From Candidatus Doudnabacteria bacterium (lineage in GTDB: Bacteria > Patescibacteriota > Doudnabacteria > UBA920 > O2-02-FULL-48-8), in the NCBI GenBank assembly GCA_019659055.1, contig JAIFWV010000005.1, positions 1 through 47,975 on the forward strand: a stretch of 47,975 nucleotides of DNA. The letters are read 5' to 3'. A model generated the notes under the pieces. It was not told the origin of the DNA. It worked only from the letters and a program-made list of their open reading frames with translations, and did no database searches. Of this stretch, positions 1 to 8,505 are shown one piece after another. Made by a program: the position numbers and the translations under genes. The stretch's first letter is position 1. Every line of letters starts with the position of its first letter.

Positions 1-776
1 GGAGGATAAAGCTCACAGACATGACAGGCGTTTTGGCGTCGGTGGTGAGCGCCAAAGATGACAGCAACGTTTTGTGGAATTATATGATCAGCCATTATCC
101 TGTGAAGGATTTGCACGTCTTGGAAAAAGTTATGTTCATGAAGGCGGCAATTGAGCAAACCAACAGCAGTGATGAAGTCAAATTCAAATACGAGACCAAT
201 GCCTTGAGTCAGGATGTCGTGCTCAAAAATGGTGATAGCTACTCTGTAACATTGTCCACAAGCGAGCTAGCAAGCCTCAAATTTAGCAATGTTTCCGGTG
301 AAATCAAAGTCATAAGCTATTATGAACAAACGCAAGATCCATCATCCCTAACCAGAAATTCCAAATTGGGAATTGGCCGGCAATACTTGATCAATGGCCT
401 GGCTGCAACTACCTTCCACGAAGGGGATATCATCAAAATCCAGCTCACGCCCAGGATGGATCCTTCAGCCCTCGGCGGCAGTTACCAGATTATTGATTAT
501 TTGCCGAGCGGCCTGCGGCCAATCACGGAACCTTACCGATACGACGGATATTACGATTATTCAAACTGCATTTGGTATCCCCAAAAAATTGTCGATAACA
601 AACTGTACTTCACAGTTTATAAGGGCTCCCAGTATTACCAATGCGGTTCAAGCTTTGTCTATTACGCCCGGGTAGTTACTACGGGAAGTTTCACTGCCAA
701 TCCTGCTATAATCCAATCCGTGACCAACCCCGATGACCTGAACCTCTCTGAATCGACCAAAGTCAATGTTAAGTAA
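1..776 (+). CDS. Alpha-2-macroglobulin family protein, C-terminal part (5' partial, begins upstream of window)
   Basis: Frame is open from the window edge; C-terminus has the A2M receptor-binding pattern (IIDYLPSGLRP...YYARVVTTGSFTANPAIIQS). Confidence 0.75.
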   Translation, partial: RIKLTDMTGVLASVVSAKDDSNVLWNYMISHYPVKDLHVLEKVMFMKAAIEQTNSSDEVKFKYETNALSQDVVLKNGDSYSVTLSTSELASLKFSNVSGEIKVISYYEQTQDPSSLTRNSKLGIGRQYLINGLAATTFHEGDIIKIQLTPRMDPSALGGSYQIIDYLPSGLRPITEPYRYDGYYDYSNCIWYPQKIVDNKLYFTVYKGSQYYQCGSSFVYYARVVTTGSFTANPAIIQSVTNPDDLNLSESTKVNVK

Positions 777-1671
777 TGCAAAAAAAATTGCGCTTGCGGC
801 TGTACTCATCCTAGCATTTGTGATACTCTCGAAATTTTCTCCAGGATTTGGAGAAGATTCGAAGGCTCACATTGAAAGCGCCAATACTCAAATCTCCCAA
901 CTGCCCATCGAGGCAGTTGGGCTTGAGTTTGGCGACGTTATTAAGCAAAGTCTGTCGGGCAACAGAGCCCTGGGAGATTCCAAAACCGCTCAAATTGGCA
1001 TTACCTCACATCACCTACCCACGGCCTCAGGGTTGATTTCGAGGTTTTACAAGACAATCGAGGCTAGTGGCAGTCCCCACAAAACTTTTGTGGTCGTTGG
1101 ACCTGATCATTATGAACACTGCAATACTGCGGTGAGTACTACCAAAAGGCCATACTATACTCCTTACGGAACTTTAGTCGCAAACCAAGGACTTATAGAT
1201 GACCTCATCCAAAACGCCGCCGTCACGGAAGTTGACTCCTGCTTCGATGGCGAGCATTCGATTGGCGTGCAATCGATGTACATAAAATTGTTATATAAAG
1301 ACAGTACCATCGTACCTATTATATATTCATCTAGCGCCTCGGAAGAGGCCGTGGCCAAAGTCGCACAAGTTTTGTCCAAACATAAAGATGAGATTACAGT
1401 GGTAGTGAGTGTAGACTTTTCTCATTATGAATCTGTGGAGCTGGCAAACCAGCTTGACTCCGAATCCGGCAACATGATAAAAAGTTTAGATGGTGCCGGC
1501 CTCACTCTGCACCATATGGATTCGCCGGCATCGATTCGGACAGCTATTGCTCTGGCTAAAATGTGGGGCCTCAAACCGGTCATGCTCGAGCATCTCAATT
1601 CATTCGACGTTACTGCCCACCCGGAGAATACGACCGGTTACTGGAATATTATTTTTACAGAAAATCAATGA
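766..1671 (+). CDS. AmmeMemoRadiSam system protein B / MEMO1 family protein with N-terminal anchor
   Basis: Motifs SHHLP, VVGPDH, EHSIGVQ, VSVDFSHY. Confidence 0.85.
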   Translation: MLSNAKKIALAAVLILAFVILSKFSPGFGEDSKAHIESANTQISQLPIEAVGLEFGDVIKQSLSGNRALGDSKTAQIGITSHHLPTASGLISRFYKTIEASGSPHKTFVVVGPDHYEHCNTAVSTTKRPYYTPYGTLVANQGLIDDLIQNAAVTEVDSCFDGEHSIGVQSMYIKLLYKDSTIVPIIYSSSASEEAVAKVAQVLSKHKDEITVVVSVDFSHYESVELANQLDSESGNMIKSLDGAGLTLHHMDSPASIRTAIALAKMWGLKPVMLEHLNSFDVTAHPENTTGYWNIIFTENQ

Positions 1672-2147
1672 CCGCGATAAAGACATTTTTCCACAAGGCG
1701 TTTGAAGCCAGCATCGTAATCAAATTACTGTTTGCGTTGCTGGAATTTTTTGGCGCGGCTCTGCTGTTGGTAGTGCACCCAACCACGATTGGGGATTGGA
1801 TTATAAGGATCACAAGTATTGGCTTCGAATCCGGCGACCTGGTCTACAAACTGGCCGCCAACGCCGCATACTATTTCGTCGGTCACACTCAGACCTTTGT
1901 GGTTTTTTATCTGGCCAGCCATGGGGTGGTGAAGATTTTTGTCCTGTTCTGCCTGTGGCGAAAAAAGTTATGGGCCTACCCGCTGGCTGAGGTAATGTTC
2001 GTTGGATTTGGGATTTACCAGATGTACCGCTGGTATCTTACTGGTTCGGAGATAATGATCTGGTTGACCGTGCTCGATATCTTAGTCATCTGGCTGACCT
2101 GGTTGGAATATAAAAACCTGAAACATGATATAATGATACAAAGCTAA
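1668..2147 (+). CDS. DUF2127-like membrane protein
   Basis: ATG at 1668 overlaps upstream stop (the track's longer 1563 start is unlikely); motifs YLASHGVVK, LWRKKLWAYP, IYQMY, LTVLD. Confidence 0.75.
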   Translation: MTAIKTFFHKAFEASIVIKLLFALLEFFGAALLLVVHPTTIGDWIIRITSIGFESGDLVYKLAANAAYYFVGHTQTFVVFYLASHGVVKIFVLFCLWRKKLWAYPLAEVMFVGFGIYQMYRWYLTGSEIMIWLTVLDILVIWLTWLEYKNLKHDIMIQS

Positions 2148-2187
2148 TTTTCGGTTCTCAGTTGTCCGTTTTAATTAAGAAACAAAA

Positions 2188-2802
2188 ATGCAAAGAGATT
2201 ATAAATTGGGTGCGCTGGCAGGGTTTCTCACAGGAATCTGTTTGGTACCGACCGCCTGGAATATTGGCACGATCGGAGGTATCAACTTACAGAATCCGGT
2301 ATTGATTATTATATTGCCTCTTGTCTCACTGGTTGGCATTGTCTTTGGCATCTGGCTTGGCAAGATTTTGGGCCGGGCCATACCAGTCGTCACACAGATT
2401 AGCAAGTTTGCGGCTGTGGGCTTCCTCAATACGGCCATAAACTTCGCCGTGCTCAATATATTGAGTATTATCACCGGCCAGGCTGCTGGGCTTTCGGTGG
2501 GCGAATACAACATCCCCGCCACAGCTGTGGCCGCGACCAATAGTTATTTTTGGAATAAATACTGGGTGTTCAAAGGTGTCAGCCGCGGATCAGCCAGTGA
2601 CCCGGTGAAATTTTTTATCGTAACAGCTATTGGTCTGCTGGCGCGCAGTGGCGTGCTCTACTTTGTGACGACATTTGTCTCGCATGGTGATCTGAGCAAG
2701 ACTGCATGGCTCAATGTCGCCAATGTCTTAGCCACACTCGTTGGGATCATGGTGGATTACCTCGGTTATAAATTTTTGGTGTTTGTTAGAAAAAGTAGGT
2801 AA
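2188..2802 (+). CDS. GtrA family membrane protein
   Basis: KFAAVGFLNTAINFAVLN, NSYFWNKYWVF, LGYKFLVF. Confidence 0.85.
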   Translation: MQRDYKLGALAGFLTGICLVPTAWNIGTIGGINLQNPVLIIILPLVSLVGIVFGIWLGKILGRAIPVVTQISKFAAVGFLNTAINFAVLNILSIITGQAAGLSVGEYNIPATAVAATNSYFWNKYWVFKGVSRGSASDPVKFFIVTAIGLLARSGVLYFVTTFVSHGDLSKTAWLNVANVLATLVGIMVDYLGYKFLVFVRKSR

Positions 2803-2855
2803 CTTGTTTTGCTACCTTTTGTGCAGACGAAAGGTAGCACCGAAATAAAAAAAAT

Positions 2856-2888
2856 AGGCGCGTCGGGTCCCAGTGACCTGACGCGCCT
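2856..2888 (-). terminator. Intrinsic terminator of the minus-strand DUF5715-like gene
   Basis: AGGCGCGTCGGGTC-ccagt-GACCTGACGCGCCT stem with an A-run on its left (U-tract on minus strand). Confidence 0.7.
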
Positions 2889-2899
2889 TTGTGTATTGG

Positions 2900-3664
2900 C
2901 TATTTTTGACCGAGAGAAATCGCGGTCATCTGTTGTTTTACAGTTTCGTAGTAAGCGGCAAGCTCAGCGTGCGCTTGCGGCAGAGCAATCACATGGAAAG
3001 CTGATTGCGGATGGGTCTCCTTGAAGTAGATTGCCACTCCGAGGTTGGTCAGCTCGGCTAAGTAGCTCTCTAGGATTTTTTGCTGTTCGAGTGGCATGCC
3101 CATGCGTGTGATATCGAAGGCCAGGCCAAAGACGTGAGTCGGAGGGACTTTCATCTTGAGGACATTGGCTGTGGGATTGCCGCGCATGAGCCGAAGCTGG
3201 TATTTCCACGAGCGCACGAGACTGGTCACCTCAGAGGACCCTGTGCCCTGCATATGGTCGCAGATGCGGAGCAAGAGTCCAGCGGCGGCCGGCCGCAGAC
3301 CGTAATAGTATCCGCGGTGCGGGAGATCTTTTTCGGCGATGGGCCACTTGCCCGATTTCCGCAGACTCATGCCGCAAATACCGATAATGTCGCTCACATC
3401 CACGAGCTCGTGCCTATCCCAAGCCAGCTTCAGCGCCTTGAAGTCCGCAATCCAGAACTGCTGGCGGACTTGGGGTGTAAAGATTCCCCAGAGCTGAGCT
3501 TTCTTGGTGAGAGTGAGGTACGAGGTGTCGAGCGGTACCGGGGGCGGTGGAGCCAGCGGAAGCTTCACAGCAGTTCCGGGCGGGAGTACCAGGGGAGGAG
3601 GCGATTGTTCAGCCATCCCCTGCAGACCTGCGATTGCAAAAATCGCTGCAAGTAAAACAGCCAT
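2900..3664 (-). CDS. Secreted DUF5715-like protein (Hedgehog/DD-peptidase, M15-like fold)
   Basis: Signal peptide, Pro-rich linker, then LRP..., VTSLVR..YQ.RL..GN, H..G.AFDI, E..QSAFHV; SD GGAGG. Confidence 0.7.
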   Translation of the reverse strand: MAVLLAAIFAIAGLQGMAEQSPPPLVLPPGTAVKLPLAPPPPVPLDTSYLTLTKKAQLWGIFTPQVRQQFWIADFKALKLAWDRHELVDVSDIIGICGMSLRKSGKWPIAEKDLPHRGYYYGLRPAAAGLLLRICDHMQGTGSSEVTSLVRSWKYQLRLMRGNPTANVLKMKVPPTHVFGLAFDITRMGMPLEQQKILESYLAELTNLGVAIYFKETHPQSAFHVIALPQAHAELAAYYETVKQQMTAISLGQK

Positions 3665-3734
3665 AAGGCCTCCATTTTGGTTTTTGTGTCAGGTGCGAAA
3701 ACCGATACTTTCATTCTATGCCTTTCCTATGCTC

Positions 3735-3763
3735 TTTACAAATGCCGGCGTTTAGTGTAATAT
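3735..3763 (+). promoter_or_regulatory. Putative sigma70 promoter
   Basis: TTTACA-N17-TAATAT upstream of small ORF 3796. Confidence 0.45.
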
Positions 3764-3795
3764 GTGCTGTTGGTCAACACACATGAGGAGGATAC

Positions 3796-3954
3796 TTGAG
3801 AAGATTGTTGGAAGAATTGCGAAAGTTGTTTGCGGGCCGTTTCAGCGATCGTCGCGTGACCCGTGAGACGGTCGTGTATTACGATGATCTGGAAAGCCAG
3901 GACATCCTCAGCACGAAGGCAGCGCTTTCGCCCAAGGGCCTGCAGAGACTCTAG
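3796..3954 (+). CDS. Small hypothetical protein, 52 aa (not in ORF track)
   Basis: SD GAGGAGG, TTG start, MRRLLEELRKLFAGRF...; flanked by a promoter and a terminator. Confidence 0.55.
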   Translation: MRRLLEELRKLFAGRFSDRRVTRETVVYYDDLESQDILSTKAALSPKGLQRL

Positions 3955-3984
3955 AGTTCGCCACCCCACCTCTCTCTATTTGCC

Positions 3985-4017
3985 AGGATCCGCTTAAGCC
4001 CGGGTCCTTTTTCTTTT
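3985..4017 (+). terminator. Intrinsic terminator
   Basis: AGGATCCG/CGGGTCCT stem followed by TTTTCTTTT. Confidence 0.7.
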
Positions 4018-4022
4018 GTAAG

Positions 4023-4080
4023 CATTTCGACCGGAGGGAGAAATCCCTCATCAGAGCGATCTCTCACGATGTTCGAGATG
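4023..4080. repeat. REP-like palindrome pair of the type that flanks GIY-YIG genes, here with no gene inside
   Basis: CATTTCGACCGGAGGGAGAAATC...GATCTCTCACGATGTTCGAGATG, mutually inverted arms. Confidence 0.55.
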
Positions 4081-4184
4081 GAAAATAGGCCAAATTCGTA
4101 CTTATCGCATTACACCATAAAGTACGGAAACCTGAGTTTGAGGCTTAGATAAGCCATTATTTAGGCCTACTTTGCCCTTGGCTA

Positions 4185-4226
4185 CTCCGACGTCTTAGTC
4201 GGAGCCCCGACCCGAAAGCGTCGGGG
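4185..4226. repeat. CGTC-type double palindrome
   Basis: CTCCGAC-n6-GTCGGAG abutting CCCCGAC-n8-GTCGGGG. Confidence 0.65.
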
Positions 4227-4255
4227 TTGACACAAACCCCATTTGGGTGTATACT
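4227..4255 (+). promoter_or_regulatory. Strong sigma70 promoter at head of the cassette array
   Basis: TTGACA (4227-4232) - 17 nt - TATACT (4250-4255). Confidence 0.75.
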
Positions 4256-4396
4256 TACTCGTTAACATAAAAGCTTCAAAATTTATGGTAGAAATAGGCT
4301 ATTTCAGGAAATGGCCAAAACCTCACCTTAGATTGCAGTAGTCCGGTTTTGGATTTATTTCCGAAGCCGGACTTTTGTATAGTCACTTTCTAATTA

Positions 4397-4442
4397 TTCT
4401 CGCCCGCTTGCGGGAGAGATGGCCGAAGGCCAGAGAGGGTGG
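4397..4442. repeat. DUF559-type REP, left-arm orientation
   Basis: TTCTCGCCCGCTTGCGGGAGAGATGGCCGAAGGCCAGAGAGGG. Confidence 0.6.
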
Positions 4443-4564
4443 CTTCCAGGATGTTGGGCACTACTGGGTTTAAGAGGGATAAATTCACATTTGCCCATTA
4501 ACTTATCTAGTTAGTACCCAGCATTCTGGAAGCAACGGAAACAATTTTCGAACGGAGGAGTTTG

Positions 4565-4765
4565 ATGAAGAAGTTGACTGGCTGTGCCATCATCATCGTA
4601 TATTACATCGCTTTAGCACTTGTCGTCATTTACGCAAACAGGCACTATCCAGTGACTACAGACGGCGACAAGATGTTGAGAGTTATCTGGACAACGTTCG
4701 GCGTACTGGTTCCGTTCGCGGTGGCTGCCTGGCGTAGTACCCGTTTGGAGCCGCCTCGCCAATAG
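4565..4765 (+). CDS. Small two-TM hypothetical protein
   Basis: SD GGAGGAG then ATG 4565; two hydrophobic segments. Confidence 0.7.
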   Translation: MKKLTGCAIIIVYYIALALVVIYANRHYPVTTDGDKMLRVIWTTFGVLVPFAVAAWRSTRLEPPRQ

Positions 4766-4847
4766 GCGAGTGTTAAGAGGAGCGCGATTAGCTATAAAGG
4801 TTTCGCTCTCTTCTCCACTTCAGAAGTCTTCTCAGGAGGTGCGCAAG

Positions 4848-5027
4848 ATGGCGAAGAAATTCCAAATGAGGGCTCAGGTCACCACTTATGTGGGCGACAA
4901 GCTGGTCACACGGCATGTCGTCTATGTCAACGGCGTCTGGCGCGACAAGGCCGGCGAGATCTACTCGGATCGCTTCGTCGATTTCTGCCGGCGGCAGACC
5001 ACTGCAGCTAAGGCGGCGCGGCGCTAG
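4848..5027 (+). CDS. Small basic hypothetical protein
   Basis: SD AGGAGGT, ATG 4848 (MAKKFQMRAQV...). Confidence 0.7.
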   Translation: MAKKFQMRAQVTTYVGDKLVTRHVVYVNGVWRDKAGEIYSDRFVDFCRRQTTAAKAARR

Positions 5028-5177
5028 GTTCCAGAGGGGAAATAATTAGAATATCTTTTGTTTCCTCTCCACTATTCTGAATACTTAATTGTTGTAACAC
5101 GGATATTACCGTAAAGTTCGCTAAGCATTCAGAGTTGTGGAAGCACTACAGCTTTCCAGGTTTTCAGGAGGAGTTCG

Positions 5178-5684
5178 ATGCAGTTGACAAAAGGCATGTA
5201 TGGACACCAGTTCCGCAACGCAAGCCGCATGTACGGGCTTTCATGCGGACAGATGCGCGGCGACGATATGGTCCATAACGGCGGCTGGTACAATGCTGCC
5301 GGGGAAAAGCTCGGCTGGGGCGACCTGTCTCGCCAGGACTTCGAACGAATTTCGTCCGAAATCGAAGAGGGCGAGATCTTCGTGGTCCTATACGAGGGCG
5401 ACGCGTTCTGGAAGTTCGTTACGCACAATCCTGGAATTATCGGGAGCATGTGCAAGACGAGGCCGGACGCGGAAGCTCCGGGAGTTGATTATGTCGCCCA
5501 GAAAGCGGCATGGATCATCACTCGCGGCAAGGTCTTCCATGTCAGCGACTACAGCGAGAGGCTCGGCCCGGAGACACATCGACGCAACGGCATGGCGTTT
5601 GAGCTGACTAACCGGTCTGCTGCCAATACGCTCATCCGTACCACAGCACTCAGGTACGGGAAGGGCGCAGAAACGATCATGTAA
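5178..5684 (+). CDS. Hypothetical protein (HNGGWYN..GEKLGWGDL motif)
   Basis: SD AGGAGGAG; natural-looking globular sequence; function not recognised. Confidence 0.8.
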   Translation: MQLTKGMYGHQFRNASRMYGLSCGQMRGDDMVHNGGWYNAAGEKLGWGDLSRQDFERISSEIEEGEIFVVLYEGDAFWKFVTHNPGIIGSMCKTRPDAEAPGVDYVAQKAAWIITRGKVFHVSDYSERLGPETHRRNGMAFELTNRSAANTLIRTTALRYGKGAETIM

Positions 5685-5867
5685 GATCAGACCTACCGCA
5701 CAGCTCGATCGAGCAGTGCATGAGTCCCCACTTATAGGCGACAAGCCAAGAGGAGTTGATGCAAATCACTCCTCTCCACCTCAGAAGCCATGAATCGTGA
5801 GACATGAATCGTAAATCGTCTCACGCATCACGCTATACGTATCACAACTTGTGATGTGGAGGCAGAT

Positions 5868-5957
5868 ATGAAGAAACGGCCGCAGAAAATACCGCGCAAG
5901 ATTCCTCGGCCAAAGCGGATACGCATCCAGTCGTACACACTCAGCTGGATCAAATAG
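5868..5957 (+). CDS. 29-aa Lys/Arg/Pro-rich peptide (not in ORF track)
   Basis: SD GGAGG, MKKRPQKIPRKIPRPKRIRIQSYTLSWIK; its stop overlaps the next gene's SD. Confidence 0.5.
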   Translation: MKKRPQKIPRKIPRPKRIRIQSYTLSWIK

Positions 5958-5971
5958 GAGGAGTTCGAAAG

Positions 5972-6292
5972 ATGGCATTTAGCCCCGACCGACAGGAGCG
6001 CCTGCGCCGGATCATCGAAGCACATTTGGACGATGATCCGTGGGACGCAAGCCTTGAGCCCACGAGGAGGAATTCGATGGCCGGATTCGCTAACTACACC
6101 GGCGGGCACATCAGCGACGAGACCTTAGGTTACTACGCTGACGGTCTGCTCACTCCAGACGAATTCGACAAGACTCGCGCGCACATCAAGCATTGCGTAC
6201 CGTGCGAGTGGAAAATGCACAACTACGAGGAATACCTGGATATCGATTCGGCCAAGCGGAAATTCCACTGGACGAATCAGCAGCTATCATAA
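5972..6292 (+). CDS. zf-HC2 (anti-sigma-type zinc finger) domain protein
   Basis: H.S.E.LGYY.DG.L.......AHIKHCVPC = HxxxCxxC motif; SD AGGAGGAG. Confidence 0.75.
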   Translation: MAFSPDRQERLRRIIEAHLDDDPWDASLEPTRRNSMAGFANYTGGHISDETLGYYADGLLTPDEFDKTRAHIKHCVPCEWKMHNYEEYLDIDSAKRKFHWTNQQLS

Positions 6293-6323
6293 CCTTCCGC
6301 ACTGGCGTTCCGCTAGTGCAAAA

Positions 6324-6367
6324 CCCTCTCTGTCGCTTCGCGACATCTCTCCCACAAGGGGAGAGAA
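6324..6367. repeat. DUF559-type REP, right-arm orientation
   Basis: CCCTCTCTGTCGCTTCGCGACATCTCTCCCACAAGGGGAGAGAA; inverse of the 4397-4442 arm. Confidence 0.65.
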
Positions 6368-6397
6368 TAAAGTGAGATGACGATTGGGCCCACCAGT

Positions 6398-6464
6398 CGA
6401 GCAGTCTGCAATATAGATTGCTCGCCCTTCCAAAGAGTTTCAAATCTGGAACTTTGTGGAAGGG
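6398..6464 (+). repeat. Divergent abutting double-hairpin spacer (R0)
   Basis: CGAGCAGTCT/AGATTGCTCG hairpin directly followed by CCCTTCCA-AAGAGTTTCAAATCTGGAACTTTG-TGGAAGGG; inner part resembles R2/R6. Confidence 0.6.
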
Positions 6465-6514
6465 AATAGCAAGAGCACGATAAACCAACACTGTCAGATG
6501 TGAGGAGGTTTGCG

Positions 6515-6718
6515 ATGAGAATGATCGTTGCCGTGAGTGCGCCGGGATTGCCGCCGACACCTCCGTTTGGGGGACTGGAGGGGCATCTGGTCGAAGTCGG
6601 CCAGGTGGACGACACGGTGGAAGCCGGCGTCGTCGCCCTCGAAAAGGTCCAGGCCGAATGGGACCTGCCGACGCCCGTGATGAAGGTTACGGGGTTCCGT
6701 CTCAAGAGCCGCAACTAG
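6515..6718 (+). CDS. Small hypothetical protein
   Basis: SD GAGGAGGT, ATG 6515. Confidence 0.65.
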   Translation: MRMIVAVSAPGLPPTPPFGGLEGHLVEVGQVDDTVEAGVVALEKVQAEWDLPTPVMKVTGFRLKSRN

Positions 6719-6906
6719 TTTCTTTAGGAAAGGATCACTAGCGAAATAGCAAAATGACGTCTTGATCGAGCAGACGGTTCAAATCGATCTGGCTTGCCGG
6801 AACAGCCACATAAAATTGAAAAAATCCGGAATTGTGCGCGTCTACCTGATGGAGGATTACATGTCGCGTATATAACTGCCGCCTGCAAGGGCGCCAGAAC
6901 TGAATA

Positions 6907-6979
6907 GGGGATCTCTCGCCAAGATCCCCACCTTTCTCGAGAGTTTGAGTCGATCCTGATTCCAACTTTCAAGTTTGGT
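6907..6979 (+). repeat. Conserved double-hairpin cassette spacer R1
   Basis: GGGGATCT/AGATCCCC hairpin + core ACCTTTCTCGAG (6930-6941) ... TTCAAGTTTGGT. Confidence 0.85.
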
Positions 6980-7004
6980 AGCCGTTCTTTACAAGGAGAG
7001 TCAA

Positions 7005-7835
7005 GTGAGAAAGACATTGTCAGTAGTCGCGTTGGTTCTTTGCTCGTCGTACGCCGCTGTCGCGCAGGACAAGATTCGGGTTTCCGCAACTGTCGAGACG
7101 ACCACCTCACAAGTGATCAGCTCCTCAGCCAAGAGCGAGAACGCCGGCATCGAGTTCCTGCCGTCGCGCTGGGTCACTTCCCAGCAGATCATGACGATCA
7201 CGACCGCACCCACTAAGAAGCTCAGCGCGGCTGTTCGGTTCAATCTCGCCGGTTCCGCGGAGAATCCGCCGGTCGACCGGGATCCCAAAACTGGGGTCGA
7301 GTACCGCGTGCAAGATCTGCGATCGTACTCGGGCGAGAACCGCTTGTTCGAGGCCTCGGCCGCTTACAAGGTCTGGCGGCAGGTTTCGGCCGTCGGCGGG
7401 TACACAAGACTGTCGCTTGCCGGCAGGTACGAAAATACCATTCCCTACGGCTACTACGACGGGGGATTGGTGACTACCTACTCCGAGAGACAGACGTACC
7501 GGGGCATCGAGCTCGGCGCACGTTCGGATTTTGCGATTCGCGGCCTTACCCTCGAGCCGGAATTTCTGCTCTACCCGCGTATCAGCCGGAACTTCCGTTC
7601 GCACCAGAACTACCTCGGCCATGTCTACGACAACGACATCGACCAGAACACTGGCCGGCGCGTGGGAATGCAGATGAGCGGACGGGCAAAGTATGCTCTG
7701 GTCCGACACCTCGCGGCGACGTTCTCCTACAACCTCCAGGTCATCCGAACCACGAACAAAGTCATGTTCGGCGGTCCGGCGCGGGAGAGCTTAAAGACTC
7801 GCACCGCCATGGTCGGTCTGCAGGTCGGGTTCTAA
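7005..7835 (+). CDS. Secreted protein with outer-membrane beta-barrel features
   Basis: GTG start after SD AAGGAG; signal peptide; alternating amphipathic strands; C-terminal ...VGLQVGF. Confidence 0.65.
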   Translation: MRKTLSVVALVLCSSYAAVAQDKIRVSATVETTTSQVISSSAKSENAGIEFLPSRWVTSQQIMTITTAPTKKLSAAVRFNLAGSAENPPVDRDPKTGVEYRVQDLRSYSGENRLFEASAAYKVWRQVSAVGGYTRLSLAGRYENTIPYGYYDGGLVTTYSERQTYRGIELGARSDFAIRGLTLEPEFLLYPRISRNFRSHQNYLGHVYDNDIDQNTGRRVGMQMSGRAKYALVRHLAATFSYNLQVIRTTNKVMFGGPARESLKTRTAMVGLQVGF

Positions 7836-7879
7836 ACGCTGCTCAAATCGCATTCGTGCGACACGAGCGCGTGGTTTCC

Positions 7880-7955
7880 GACCAGCCCCAGTTTTATTAA
7901 CTGGAGCTGGTCACCTTTCTTGAGAGTTCCAATCAATGGAACTTTCACGATTGGT
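7880..7955 (+). repeat. Conserved double-hairpin cassette spacer R2
   Basis: GACCAGC..CCAG/CTGG..GCTGGTC hairpin + core ACCTTTCTTGAG (7913-7924) ... ATTGGT. Confidence 0.85.
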
Positions 7956-7966
7956 AGGAGGATCAA

Positions 7967-8401
7967 ATGCTTTTTGAACTTTTTGTAGTTGTGCTCGTCA
8001 TGAACGTGCTCGCTCAATTCGCTGCAACGCGCAGCAATCGGACTGAGCGGATCCTCGGAATCGGTGCTGCGATCACCCTTGCATCTCTGTTGGGCGGGGT
8101 AGCCAATTATATGGACGAATCCAGAAAGAGGAGTGCAATAATCGACCAGCTCGACGCTATGACAAACCAGACCGCAGATGTCGTTGCGGTGGAACCCATT
8201 GCCGCCAAGCACTATGTGCTGCTTCGGCACCGCATCCTCGAGATCGACGGCAAGAAGCTGGATCTGGTGATAGGCAAGTACATGCAAATGCAAACCGACC
8301 AGTCCGAGTGGGTTTACGCCCTTCCGCGCTGGGCGGCGTCCGGGCGGATTGTCGACCACGGTTACCCGTACGAAGCGGGGCCTGCTAAAGACTCGCGTTA
8401 G
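7967..8401 (+). CDS. Hypothetical membrane protein (two N-terminal TM segments)
   Basis: SD AGGAGG; hydrophobic N-terminus, soluble C-terminus. Confidence 0.75.
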   Translation: MLFELFVVVLVMNVLAQFAATRSNRTERILGIGAAITLASLLGGVANYMDESRKRSAIIDQLDAMTNQTADVVAVEPIAAKHYVLLRHRILEIDGKKLDLVIGKYMQMQTDQSEWVYALPRWAASGRIVDHGYPYEAGPAKDSR

Positions 8402-8407
8402 CGCCAA

Positions 8408-8490
8408 GTGGAGGCGAATTTCGAAAGATTTCGCTTCCACACCTTTCTTGAGGTTTCGAGTCAATCACGATTCGAGGACTCAAGATTGGT
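8408..8490 (+). repeat. Conserved double-hairpin cassette spacer R3
   Basis: GTGGAGGCGAA/TTCGCTTCCAC hairpin + core ACCTTTCTTGAG (8441-8452) ... CTCAAGATTGGT. Confidence 0.9.
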
Positions 8491-8505
8491 CCGAAGGAGG
8501 AATAC

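Noticed and set aside
2810-2839. Hairpin TGCTACCTTT/AAAGGTAGCA containing ACCTTT like the cassette core
   Set aside because: Only 6 nt shared and the architecture differs; may be chance or a terminator
6755-6900. Possible tiny ORFs in the spacer before R1
   Set aside because: Too short or lacking a clear SD/start pairing to support
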